Of a stretch of DNA of 64,000 nt, positions 24,996-37,728 are shown piece by piece. A program made the translations under genes and the position numbers. Every line of letters begins with the position of its first letter. Within the stretch, counting starts at the first letter, position 1. Where the stretch lies: positions 104,408,001-104,472,000 of the forward strand of contig OZ024742.1 of assembly GCA_964016885.1 (NCBI GenBank). The letters are read 5' to 3'. The notes below the pieces were generated by a model that saw nothing but the letters and a program-made list of their open reading frames with translations, was not told where the DNA came from and searched no databases. The DNA comes from Eledone cirrhosa. Taxonomy: Eukaryota.

Positions 24996-25480
24996 TTAAA
25001 TAAAAATTTAAAAATAACAAAAAAAAAAACAGGTACAACACCAATTTTCCCAGTAACTGATTGCCTGGCACCTCTTTTAATCCTGGTATAATTATGAGTA
25101 AACAATTTGAAATTCCTACAACCCACCAGAGTAGTTTACAGGATGGCTACAAGCAACAATCTGTATCATTAGCAATCATCATCATCATCTATGATGATGG
25201 TTATAATGAATAACTTTTGAACATTTTATTTTAATTTTGGAAGAATTTATCTTTAGCAACATTATGAAATATTTCTCATCTTTAACCCTTTTATTGCCAA
25301 CCTGCCCAAAACTGCATCTCGTTTAGTGATAAAAATGTCCGTTTTAAAGAATATATATATATCTAAATTAAAAACTTCCAACATAATTTTATATAAGAAC
25401 TTTTTTTTTCAATTTTATTTTAAAGGTCATCTTAACGTTATTTTACTAAATTCCTCCAAATTCTTGCATTGGGTTTCAAA

Positions 25481-25629
25481 TAGGTACACCATATTCCTGT
25501 GTGTTGTAATAAGGGGCTAAAAGGATTGTTGGGCATCTGGCTGTAAAACATTACCTCAAAAAGTCCCGTCCAACACAGGACAGCATAGAAAAGTGGACAT
25601 AAAATCAATGATAATGACGATAATGATGA
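25481..25629 (+). mobile_element. Short RTE-tailed SINE-like element (family G)
   Basis: TAGGTACACCATAT.CCTGTGTGT.GTAA...GGGCATCTGGCTGTAAAAC..AAAAGTGGAC..(TGA)n; related copies at 32324, 32897, 37265 and 60085. Confidence 0.7.
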
Positions 25630-26265
25630 AATAGATTCAATGTATTTCATGAGAAATATTGTCATTATATCATCATCTTCTGTGAGAGTCAATATTCTTC
25701 ACAAGTTTTACTTGGCCTTACTTCTGATATTGATTGATATCTAGTGCCATTAACTTTGACCATAGGTCTGCTTGATTAGTGTTCAGCTGGTGCTAAACAG
25801 CCAGCATTAACTTAAACAGCTTTCCAATGAGCAAATGATTCTACACAGTTGATCAATCTGGGAGAAAGTAAACCCCTTCAAATCACATCATACCATTTTA
25901 AACAAGAGAAGACAATAGATAACAGTGTTGTTAATCCCATCATCATCATCACCATTTAATATCTGCTATACTGAAGAAAAGATGGGATGATAGCAGTTGA
26001 AATACCTTTAATCATAAGTCTGTTTAATTAAATCTGACCTGGAGCAAAACAAAAACTATCAAATTGATACAATGAATGGTCTTTTATAGAAATAACATAT
26101 CCCCCTCAAATTTTTCCCTACCTACTATCAGAGCTAACTTGAGCTAAATAATAACAATTCACCCTAAAATGTATTATCTGTTCATATTACACACATGTCC
26201 ACACAAGACACAAAAGATATTTTCAGTAAAAGACACCATTACTATTCATTCACATAAATGTTTAA

Positions 26266-26749
26266 CTCTTTTGATACCAAACTGCCTGAAACTACACCTG
26301 CTTCTATGATACAAAACTGTTTGTTTCAAAATGTTTATAGGTATCTAAAAATATTCCATCGTAATTTTATGTAAGAACTTTTCTTAAGTTACATTCCGAG
26401 AAAGTTAGTTATATTACTAAATCCCTCCAAATTCTTGATTATTTTTTAGAAATATTTAAAAATAATACGGTAAGAAAAGGGTTAACTTCATACTCCTAAG
26501 TTAACTCTTTTTGTCACCATATTTCTAATGAAATACACTATACATGTATATCATTTAATTTTGAAGATTTGAAGAATTTAATTAGATAAATAAATTTTTC
26601 ATTACTAAGCTAATGTTTGAAACATTACTTAACAAAAATTTCTTAAATAAAATTATGATGGAAGGTTTTTCTATAAGTAAGAATATTTAAAAATGAACAA
26701 ATGTATATGATAAACCAGGTTGGTTTCAGGTAGGTTTGTATCAAAAGGG
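26266..26749. mobile_element. Two MITE family 2 copies in opposite orientation (26266-26481 and 26505-26749)
   Basis: Each is bounded by TTAA|C.CTTTT.. and ..AAAAGGG|TTA; bodies are reverse complements, 23 bp apart. Confidence 0.8.
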
Positions 26750-26983
26750 TTATTATAACATAGCTAAGAGATCCATACTCAGCACATTTTCCTCCCACTT
26801 CTGTAGACCTTCTATATTCAATGTGTTTATAAATTTCAACTCTTCTTATTAATAACTACATTGTTTCTTTCCAGGGACTATGTTGAAATATAAACCATAT
26901 TTAGTCATTCCATGAGAGTATCTTGGTCAGTTTATGAACTTTTCAGCTGACCTTTATATAATTATCTTCTAGAATTGAAACAA

Positions 26984-27221
26984 CCTTTTTGTTAACATAT
27001 TTCTCACAAAACATATATCTATGATTTTCAAATGATTTTGAAATAATTTTGAGAGACTTGGCAATATAACTAAATATTTCATTATTAAGCTGACATTAAG
27101 AACATAACATAACAAAGGTTATCACATAAAATTATGATGGAAGGTTTTTAGACAAATATAAACATTTTAAAACGAACAATTTTGTATTGTAGAACCAGGG
27201 ATGGCTTTGGGTAGCATAGGG
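26984..27221. mobile_element. MITE family 2
   Basis: AACCTTTTTGTTAACATATTTC...GGG|TTAA. Confidence 0.7.
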
Positions 27222-28131
27222 TTAATCATTGGTGACTCATTTAACCAATACTAACATTGGAGATGGAGGTGGGGAACAAATCATAAATGCCAGCGTGGAA
27301 AAATGGATTTTAAATGATGATGATGATGATAAACACAAGGACGAAAATGGTGATGATGATGATGATAAATAATCTGTTTATGGTTATCATTATCAGTGTC
27401 ATTATAAGACTTAACACAGGAACTACGTAATTTTAAGGATTAATACACATAACACAAGTTTTGGACAACATTAATCTTTAAGGAGATGGTTGCTTGGGGA
27501 GGGCAGGTGTAGGAAGGACCTGTATGACGAGTGAGAGCTGAGAGCTAGCAATTAACATCCATATAACAATGGTTTTTTGTGAGACAAAATTATTCTCTTA
27601 AGAGACTGGACTAAATAAAGTACCTGACAGTGAAGGTGATGAAGAGGTGAAGTTACAAGAGAAAGAGAGAGGAGGAAGGAGGAGCAAGAGGAAGTAAATA
27701 TTACAGCTGAACAAGAAATCAATTTCATCATTATGGTTGTTAACTATCATCATCATCACTGTCAGAGCACTGTCTCTTCCCTATTAGCATAGGCTGGGAA
27801 TATTGACTTCTTGGGAAAAGTTTTTTTCTAAAAAGGGATAAGGTAATATTACCCTATATAGTTCAAATATTGATTTCTTCTGACTAGTCACATGACTAAC
27901 CGTTTTGTTTTGTCTTGTTATTTTTTTTCTATGTGAAATGAGTATATTGTCTGTTCAATAAGCTCCAATATATTATCATTCATTGACGTCCCACCCTTGC
28001 AAGCAGGGAAAAGCGGACATAAAATGATGGTGATGATGATGGCTGTTGAGGGATAAATAACTAAATTTTAAGTTGTTTTTAATAGACTATTTGTACTATA
28101 AATAAAGGTGAAAATAAATAAATAAAAGAGC

Positions 28132-28360
28132 GGGGACAGTTTCACATTGGTTCAATGCAAAAGGTGACAGTTCCACACTGACTAAATGGATAAGGTGACA
28201 GTTTGACATTGACCAAAGGGATAAGGCCACATTTTGACACTGACCAATGGGTTAAGGTGACAGTTTAACATTGACCAAAGGGATAAGGTGACAACTTGAC
28301 ACTGACTAATGGGATAAAGTGACAGTTCTACACTGACTAAATGCGTAAGGTGACAATTTC
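28132..28360. repeat. Minisatellite, about 30-31 bp unit, about 7 copies
   Basis: Unit approximately GGGATAAGGTGACAGTTTGACACTGACCAAT. Confidence 0.9.
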
Positions 28361-28531
28361 CTGAACCCAAATCTAATTCTATGTCTGTAGTTTTTTTGCA
28401 AACACTAGGATAGAGCGGTGCACTGAACACATCCCGCAATCGAAGTTTGTATGTATGTATACATGTATATACCCCATAACTCCTAGTGGCGTCATAGTTC
28501 TGACATATCGCGCGTCTTGCGATTTTAACCT

Positions 28532-28720
28532 TAGCAGAGCCCATCTCCTCTCCAGATCTGAATATAGCTGATTTTTTCCAGAGAAGAAAAAGGGTTAAAG
28601 CAAGTAAGTGAGAACAAGATATAGAGGAAGAATTGACCCCAGTACTTGACTGGTACTTTTATTACTGAAAGACAAAGTTGACTCTGGCAGCATCTAATGC
28701 AGAAAGGGGAGGAGCTACTG
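28532..28720 (-). mobile_element. SINE A2, partial
   Basis: GCAGAGCCCATCTCCTC..TTGACCCCAGTACTTGACTGGTACTTT. Confidence 0.7.
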
Positions 28721-29522
28721 GACAGTAAAACCTGCATGGACTTTTAGCAAAATTATTCTCATCATCATTTAACATCCATTCTCCCTGCTAGCAAGCTTTG
28801 GGCGAGGTCACCGCAACTGAACTATGAAATGGTTCGGAAGGAAGGGGAGGGGGGACATCTCACTTACACTCTACAGAGTGCACTGGGTGTAACAGTTTTG
28901 ACAAATCCAACAAAAGTCTATCTCAAACTTATTTTCACATGGAAGAGAATGCTGGGAATCAGGTTTGTATCTATATTAACCTTAATGTCCCAAAAGAAAA
29001 ATAAAGAAACATCTGGCAAAAGCTTTAGCAAATCCTTTTGGGAAAGAATAAATTCAAATAGAATTATCTGAATGAAAGGCTAAGCATTGAAACAAAGAGA
29101 CACAAATAAGAAGAACCAAGTACATAAGAGGTTGGGTGGGAAATATGTAAATACAATGTTTTCAGCTGAAAGTAGGATATTATAATTAGTAAAGCTTAAA
29201 AATATTACATTTTTTAACAAAGTTCAGTCCAAGTTTGATGTTTGTTTAAGTTTTCAGTATATAGTATGGTTGATTTTGTTGGTTATATCAAATATTGCTT
29301 TTTCACATTGTCAAAATGTCACATATAGGAGAAAAGGAAAGTTGACAGAAGCAACATGTCACATGTAGAAAATTGTTGACAGAATCAACAGGTTATAAAT
29401 AGGAGATAGTTGACAGAACCATAATGTCACATATAAGAGACAGTTGACAGAACCAAATGTACCAGTGATGAACTAGAGATGCTTTAATCTTTTTCCTTTA
29501 CATGTGATATGTTGATTCTGTC

Positions 29523-29833
29523 ATCAACTATTTTCTCCGATATGTGATATCAACTATATTCTCCGATATGTGATATCAACTATATTCTCCGATATGTGAT
29601 ATCAACTAGATTCTCCGATATGTGATATCAACTAGATTCTCCGATATGTGATATCAATTATATTCTCCGATATGTGATATCAACTATATTCTCCGATATG
29701 TGATATCAACTATATTCTCCGATATGTGATATCAACTATATTCTCTGATATGTGATATCAACTAGATTCTCCGATATGTGATATCAACTATATTCTCCGA
29801 TATGTGATATCAACTATATTCTCCTATATATGA
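29523..29833. repeat. 26-bp tandem repeat, about 12 near-identical units
   Basis: ATCAACTA(T/G)ATTCTCCGATATGTGAT at exact period 26 (29523, 29549 ... 29809), no spacers. Confidence 0.98.
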
Positions 29834-29884
29834 AATGGTGATTTTATCAACTTTCTTCTATATGACATTTTGGTTGTCAAAGTT

Positions 29885-30142
29885 TAAGAATTGAGAAATC
29901 ACAGCTCCAATACTACGGGGATGTGGTTAGAATGTCTCATGAAAGAATCGCTGGACAGATTTTATGGGCAAAACCAACCGTAAGAGACTCCGAGCAAGAT
30001 GGTTGGATAACATCCGTGAGCTTGGCTGGACTCGCTTGGGGATCCAGCCGGATCAGTTGGAGACGGTTGGACCCATTGTAAGGAGTGTTTGAGGATTCTG
30101 TCCCCATGACCGTCTCAGGAATAAGTGGGCAAAGAAGAAGAG
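29885..30142 (+). mobile_element. 5'-truncated LINE 3' end, Rex3/Expander-like (RTE clade)
   Basis: LRIEKSQLQYYGDVVRMSHERIAGQILWAKPT..RARWLDNIRELGWTRLGIQPDQLE, then an (AAG)n tail. Confidence 0.8.
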
Positions 30143-31376
30143 ATTTAAGTAATACCGGTTGCTTACTTAAGGCACAAGGCCAATTTTTAAGGGAAACAGT
30201 TGATGGGATGAGTCAAAAGCGGTGCAATTATATTGTTTTATCTCAGAATAAATCAAATAAAAATAGCTCTTAAACAAAAAGCAATAATTTAAATAAAGAT
30301 TGGTAATTTCCAAAAGTTAAATTTGGTTGTGATGATGTAGCAAAATGTTGAGTGGTTATAACAATTTAGAGATGTAGGTCAGAAATATAAGGGTGTGAGT
30401 CACATGAAAACAGCCAAAATATAAATACATCCACAATTCAGCAGTGTTGGTAACTACCATTTTCTCAGAAATTAAGCAATGTATCACCATCACCTTTTAA
30501 TGCTTCTTTGGTTTAGACAGCCTGCCATGTTATAAGGCCAGACAGGTCAGGTGACATCTTGCTTACTCGATCTGGTTTTGGCTTGGTTTTTTATGGTTGG
30601 ATATACTTCCTAATGCCAATTACCTTACAGATTGGACTGGGTACTTTTTGTTGTGTCACCAGCATGACCACCTTACAGGGTGGACTGGGTATTTTTTTAT
30701 GGGGTGAGCGTTGTGATACCAATACAACAACAAACGTTTTAAAGCTATTTCCTCTGCGAAAACAGGAGTTAACTTTGTGTGCCTCAAGATAGGCTTCTAA
30801 AAATATTGCATTGGCTCTATTACAAAAAGGTTTGATGAAGATCAGTAACATATACTATTCTTATGATGATGATGATGCTTTTCCTATCTTGCTAAGCCCA
30901 TCTACCTTGTATCAATAACCCACAGCACATTTCATTTGTTAAACTTAATTCATTCATATTACAACACCAGCATAGATATTTCTCCAACAAAAATCAGTCA
31001 ATAATACTCATTGATACTCTTTTATACTTGTTCCAGCCATGCTGGAGCACCAACATTAGCTGGCACTTTCTCATCTTACACACACACACATTTATTATGA
31101 TGTGGTGTTTCTCTATCAAAGAATTAATAAGGAAAAAGGATGAACATAACCTAATTCTTCAACATGGAGTCAGAAATGAAACTTATATCTAGGCTATAGC
31201 CAACATCCTACAAACAAATTCCTAGGACCTAGTGCAAAATGGCAAATGTTTAATGAGGCATCTAATTAATTAATAACAACCTGGTGATAACAAACTACTG
31301 ACATTAATCTGTTCAGAGCAGAAGCTACCGTTCAACATAAGGAATATCAAATTAGAAGTTATTATTTTATTTATGA

Positions 31377-31568
31377 GGGTAGTGGTTTGGCAGTATCGGT
31401 AGAGCATCAGACACCATTCTAGGCAGCATAGAGTTATGGCCCTTTACGTTCTGGGTTCAAATCCCACCAAGATTAACTTTGCCTTTCATCCTTACGGGGT
31501 CGATAAAATAAAGTACTAGTAATGCACTGGGATAATTGCTTGCCTTGTACCAAAAATAGAAACAATTA
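31377..31568 (+). mobile_element. SINE family A, short-body subfamily
   Basis: GGGTAGTGGTTTGGCAGTATCGGTAGAGC (A-box), GGGTTCAAATCCC (B-box), TTTCATCCTTACGGGGTCGATAAAATAAAGTAC. Confidence 0.9.
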
Positions 31569-31761
31569 TTTTATTTATGAGTTATTTTGAGGATAGAAGG
31601 AAAGATAGACCAAGATCATGTTGTGACACCACCTTCGCAGTACACATGTTTTTCAAGTCCTCACTTGTAAGGGATGTATGGATAAAAAGAAGGAATTTGA
31701 GAAACCATGAAAAAAAAAGCAAGTGTTGGCGGGGAATAGAATTCAGTAGAAAAAGAGTTAA

Positions 31762-31983
31762 CCCTTTTTAGCATTTAAACCAGCCATATCCAGCCAGAAT
31801 TCTCTCACCTCTTTCTGTTCAAACTGGCTGTAACCAGCCGCTCATATTGATATTAAGGTATTGTTCTCAAAATAAATAATATCAAAATCTCATAGATTTG
31901 ATATATGTGAGATAATTATGTGAGGTTAAGCCTTTACCTTGAAAATATAGTAATATATATAGAGTAATGTAAATGCTAAAGGG
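31762..31983. mobile_element. piggyBac-type MITE family 1
   Basis: TTAA|CCCTTTTTAGCATTT...AATGCTAAAGGG|TTAA. Confidence 0.9.
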
Positions 31984-32659
31984 TTAAGAGCATTGTTGCT
32001 GTTGTTGTGCAAACCTAAGTCAACATTGAATGAGCAAATCAATTAAAGGCATCCTAGCCATGACCATTCTGGCTTCTTTTTTTTTTGCCTGGGCTTGTGC
32101 CACAGATGGCAACTTTATAGGTGCAAAACCCATGGTCATTTGTGACTGAAGGGGGAGTCTTTACTTTTACTCTTTATAATTGACTTTTACAAGAGAGGAA
32201 ACAGAACTAGTCTTGTGAGAGAAAATATTTTAATAAATGAGAATATATCCACTCTATGTCATGCATTGAGCACTTTGTGTTAAATTGTGGTTTTATCTAT
32301 TTTCAAAAAGGAACATTAATAATATATCCCTGCCTGTCATAAGAATTGACTAAAAAGGTTAGTGTCAGGAAGGGCATCCTGATGTAAAGCATGGCCTTAC
32401 AAAGTTCCATCCAACCCATCGAAGCATGGAAAAATGGATGTAAAAACAACAATGATGATGATGATGGTTATCCATTTGTGTTCAAGCAAGACCATCACTG
32501 ACTATTAAAGAGAACCATGTTTTATATGTACAGAATAACATTGTCCAATGTATTCTTTCCTTATTTACGAAATAGAGTGGAGTGATTTGAGGAAGGTTGT
32601 TATTTGGCAGTTAAAGTAAGCAAAGTAAAGTATCTTGATTATGTGTAACACAAGACAAT

Positions 32660-32840
32660 GAAAGAGCCTTTATGCAGTTGGTTGATCTGCTAGAAATAGC
32701 AGCCAAATCTGCTTAAAATCACACTGCTCTTTTAATGTAATCCTAAATATATCTGAGAAAAAGACAGAAGGCCATGACTGGAACAACCTTCATCACAGAT
32801 CAACTTAATCAGATGAGAACTGGTTATAAACAACAACAAC
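32660..32840. mobile_element. Dispersed repeat family F (unclassified)
   Basis: GATCTGCTAGAAATAGCAGCCAAATC...TAAACAACAAC; related pieces near 8110, 25750-26050, 32000, 33770, 42540 and 51800. Confidence 0.55.
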
Positions 32841-33241
32841 CACAACAAAATCCAACATTTATAACTAATTCATTCTATGTGTATCTTGTTTAGAATAGGT
32901 ACACCACATCCCTACATGTAATAAAAGATTATGGCTATATAACCCTGCTTCAAAAAGGACCCTGTGTCATAAAAGGTAACTAAAGGAGTTGGTGGTAGGA
33001 AGAGCATCTGTCTGAAAAACTTTGCTTCAAAAAGAACCCTGTGTTGTAAGAGATGACTAAACAGATTGGTGACAGGAAAGGCATCTTGGCTGTAAAACCT
33101 TACTTCAAAAAAGACCATGTCAAGGGATCCACATGGCTAACCACTGCCTTAAAATATCTGTATAAACATCATGCCTGATTAAAATGGAAAAAGAAAGGAC
33201 ATGTTGCCCTGAAGCCAGAACTTGTTACACATGTTCTTCTC

Positions 33242-33322
33242 ATTTGCATGTTATCTCATCTGTGCTTTGTTTCTATGGCAACAGTTATGGCCAAGGTGAC
33301 TCACCTGAGTCATTCCTGACAG
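33242..33322. promoter_or_regulatory. Candidate enhancer (dense TF motif cluster)
   Basis: ATTTGCAT (33242), CATCTG, GTTTCTATGGCAAC (33269), TGACTCA (33297), CACCTG, TGAGTCA (33306) and TGACAG within 81 bp of non-repeat DNA. Confidence 0.3.
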
Positions 33323-35404
33323 CTTAGTAAAATATAAAAAATAAATTAACCTGCTGGTATGGAAAATTATGGCATGTGATAAGAATGGCATTAATGGTGG
33401 CAAAGGAAAAAGAGAGTGTGGAAATTAGTGAGTTACTAAGAGTGTGTATCAATCAGGCTTGTCGCCAGGTTTTGGTGCTCAGGGGAGGTTTCAAAACATT
33501 CAATAATTCTAAGGTGGAGTTTCAAAATAAGCATATCACTGTAATTTTTTCTAAATCTGAAGATGCATCATTGAAAAATATGTGGAGAGGGTGGAGGCAA
33601 TGCCACCCAGTTTGCACCAGAGCCCAGTGTCTATGTGTAAGTACTTTGGAATCAAAACTAGTTTTTCAAATCCATTTGCCAAGAATCCACATGCTCCATC
33701 ATATGTATAATATTACAGAAATATGTTCAACAACAACAATTTCTATGAACCAACAACAAAGCCTCTTTGGGGATCAATCAACCTGCCAAAAATTTGACCC
33801 TACTGTCTTGAAAAGTAAAGAGCACAGTGAATAATGTAGTCCTTGCTGGATATGCCTGAGAAAAGGATGGGATAGCTGTGGCTAGAATAACTTTCATCAC
33901 AGACCTGCTCAATCAGACCAGAGACTAATAATAACAACAATTTCTTTATAACTAACAACACTAGTCTTTTATTGACGATTATTTGATAATACCAATAAAA
34001 TAGTTGAAAAAATGTCTGAAAAAGTACTAGAAGTACAGCAACTAATTTTCCATCAACTGATGGACTGGCATCGCTTTTTATCTGGACATAATAATGACAT
34101 TTGAATTTTGCAGGAGTCACTAGACTAGTTTCTTAGCTTGGAAGAGTTTTTCATAATGAATTGTGAGGGTTTGGTAGAGAAAAACTTAATAACCTAGAGA
34201 CAGACTTCTGGGAATTTAACCTATTAGTCTGATAAAACAGTAAAACTGGCACAGGTCTAGAATAGGGTACAGGAAAATTGGTGCCAGTATTAACGTAAAG
34301 GGCCCTTAATTTCTGAATCATAGGCAATGCTGCCCTAGCACATTGTGTGTCAGGCATTTCAAACCTGATGGAGTCCATCCCTCCCTAGATTGGGAATGCA
34401 ATTGATTTCTTTTAAAGAGAGATTGGGGGGGGAATTCGACAAATTCCTACAAATTATTATTTTCAAAATTAATTGAAAATCATAAGCAATGACATTTATT
34501 AGAAATATGGTAATGAAAAGGTTAAGAAACCAATAATAGACTTCTAAAATATGTCATTATTGTTACAACATGGTGAGTGGAGTGAAGCTGTGCTGTGCTG
34601 AAAAGAACCCATCCATATCATGCAAGCGGTGGTAATGATGATATATAATAGAAGGGAAAAACTAAATACTGCAAAACTTTAGTCTAATGCTCCCCCATAT
34701 CTGCTATCTAACCATTTTATTAACAAAATTTACTATCAAGATTCTCCTTGTAAAGAGATCATTCCAGAATAAAGACGTGACAAGCTCAAAAAAGACACAA
34801 GGTCAATGTTCTATTTACTCTCATTGTCTGATAATATCAAGAAGATATTACAATTACTTAGTGAAAGTCATGAAGATATCATTGTTGCATTTAGAATAAA
34901 CATGGTCAGAGAGTTCCATATTTAACTCTTAACATCTGTAATCATTTAGAAGAAAAGATATATAAAACAATAACAGCTTAATGCATTATTTATAGTATCT
35001 TTACGAGAAGACTAAGCATTGTGAAAATCTGTAATATTAGAGTAAAGAATTTCCTTTTTAATGAGAAGCAGTCATAGTGCTGTTTTGTACCTTTCAAGAG
35101 TGTTTTGCTAATGCAGTTTCATGCAGTGCAGGACATTAATAGTTAATTATAACATAAGCAAAATTAACTATGCACAACTGCCAAGTAACATAGAGCTTTT
35201 GAAAATATACAACTTGGTGCATGTACTTCAGTAGTTGATTGTATCTCTCACTGGTAGGCGTCTTTAATTGTGTGCATGTGTGTGAATTTGTGGGAGTATG
35301 TATATTCTTTCATTCTTTTACATATTTCAGTCATTAGATTGCAGCCATGCTGGGGCAACGCCTTGATTTAGTCAATCCAGTAAGTTATGGGATATAAACA
35401 CAGT

Positions 35405-35677
35405 TGTGTGTGTATGTGTGTGTATACATACACACATATATGTACATACACACACACACATATACATACATACATACATACATATACACACACACATATA
35501 TATATATATACATACATACATACACACACATATACATATACACACACACATATATATATATATACATACATACACACACACACATATATACATACATGCA
35601 CACACACACATATATACATACATGCACACACATATATACATACATGCACACACATATATACATACATACACACACAC

Positions 35678-35720
<43 letters not shown>

Positions 35721-35747
35721 CATACATACACACACACATACATACAT
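35405..35747. repeat. Compound (CA)/(TA)/(CATA) microsatellite
   Basis: Source of six overlapping low-complexity ORFs. Confidence 0.97.
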
Positions 35748-36889
35748 AGCTTTAAAAAAAAGCCCACATGACAAAAACTTTAGAATATAAATTCAAAATA
35801 GGAGTTGCACAGGACAAAGACAATGGAAAATACAATGGAAAGACAGAGTCCTATCTCTTCAATCAACCTCTGGAAATCACTACAGTTTCAGTACATCAAG
35901 GTTCATACCATCCATCTCAGTGCACATTGAAGCATAACAAAATAGGTAGAGACAAGTTATGCATTTAGGTAAATTACACAAAAGAGCATCCCAAGTGCAT
36001 CAAGTGACAAAGAAGGAAGAGAACAGTGCACGAGGGCTTAAGATATATATATATATATGTATATGCGCGCGTGCGCGCACAAACACACACACACACACAC
36101 GCTGATATCTATAGGTAGATGTATTTAGTATCTCTGTACAGCAGAGTTTGTGTATGTAGTTATCAGTAAGTTTGTCTTTGTATATCTGTATATCAAAGTC
36201 TATGAAATGTAACATTTCTATGAATACCTATCTGTTTACTGGTGTGTGTATGTGTACAACTATACTGAGAAGCATGTAAATGATTGAGTTTCAATACTAA
36301 ACTGCCTGAAACTAGTTCTTGGCCGATATTCTATGATACAAAACAGTTTATATTAAAGTTTTTATATTTAGTTAAAATCCTGCCATCATACTTTTTATGT
36401 AAGAATGTTTCTTAAGTTATGACCCAAATACCAGCTTAATAATGAGAAAGTTAGGTAAAGCACTAAACCCCTTTAAATAAGCAATGTCTTTCATTACAAA
36501 TATGGTTTTGATTTAGAAACAAGGCCAGCACTTTAGGGCAAGGGTAAAGTCAATTTAAATTAACTCCATTATTTTGACTGGTACTTTATCAATCCCAGAA
36601 AGATGAAGGCAAAGTGGACCCTGGTTGGATTTGAAATCAGAATATAAATAGCCAGAATAAATACTGTAAAGCATTTCATCCAATGCTGTAGCAATTTTGC
36701 CACAATTTTTTCATTGGGGTTTAATACAGAGGTATGATACCCTGTGTGTTTTTTACCATAGCTTTGGGTTGATCCAAGCCTTTTGAATGAAATTAAACAG
36801 TCTTAAACTATGTAGAGGTCCATCAAATGGACTATATTTAATTCAAAGGACCACTGTGACACACAGATCCAGTCTGGGGATTACATTAA

Positions 36890-37145
36890 CCTATTTGATA
36901 CCAAGCTGCTTGAAACTAACCTCGATTTATGATACAAAACTACTACTTTTAAAATGTTTAACTTTATATTAAAACCTTCCATCATAATTTTATTTTAGAA
37001 ATTTTTGTTAAGTAATGTTCTAAATATCAGCTTACTAATGAAAAACTTGGTTATTTTTTAAAATTCCTCCAAATACTTGGTTATTTTCAAAATTAATTGA
37101 AACACATAATCAGTATATTTTGTTAGAAATATTGTAATGAAAGGG
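36890..37145. mobile_element. MITE family 2 (reverse orientation)
   Basis: TTAA|CCTATTTGATACC...GTAATGAAAGGG|TTAT. Confidence 0.75.
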
Positions 37146-37476
37146 TTATAAATGTCTGTGAAATATTTAACCACTTATACAATTCAATGAGAAGGTGGTT
37201 GTTCTGTTGGCTTAACAACTGGAACACTTATCACCAAAATTGGTGTGTATCTGATTTAGAATATGTACACTGTATCCCTATGTGTCATAAGAAGTGACTA
37301 GAAGGGTTGGTGTCAGGAAGGGTATTAAGCTGTAAAACATTGCCAAAATAGTCACGTCCAACCATGGAAAAGTCAAGATAAAAATAATGATGATGATGAT
37401 AAATCTATTTTCTGATTTCATAACTATGTATAAAGACAGCAAAGGATGTATATCTAGGTTTGTTTGGAACACAAAG

Positions 37477-37728
37477 GCTTATCAGGCTGGTGCTTATCCT
37501 GGTTTATGTGGCATTAAGCAACTGAGTATACAAGACTCTCCCCTGGACAGGATGCCAGCCCATAGCAGAGTTAAACTCCCAGCTACTGCTGGTACTCATT
37601 TTCAGCTGAGTATACTGAAGCAACATGAAAGTAAGTGTTTTGCTCAAGAACACAACTCAGTTCAGGAATCGAACTCATGACATTATGATTGTAAGTCCAA
37701 CACCCTTACCATTGGGCCACACACCTCC
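37477..37728 (-). mobile_element. tRNA-derived SINE family C
   Basis: Minus strand: GGAGGTGTGTGGCCCAATGGTAAGGG (A-box), GAGTTCGATTCC (B-box), GTGTTCTTGAGCAAAACACTT, ATGAGTACCAGC, ATGGGCTGGCATCCTGTCCAGGGG. Confidence 0.85.

Noticed and set aside
29523-29833. 26-bp repeat array as a CRISPR
   Set aside because: Units are contiguous with no unique spacers, there are no cas genes, and the context is eukaryotic.
31377-31465. SINE heads as tRNA genes
   Set aside because: A and B boxes are present but there is no intact cloverleaf, and each head continues into a repeated SINE body.
33376-33834. 152-aa ORF
   Set aside because: Non-ATG start, no recognisable domain, and it overlaps repeat fragments.
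34151-34378. 75-aa ORF MDSIRFEMPD
   Set aside because: Its start lies within a solo SINE A2 tail fragment; no domain recognised.
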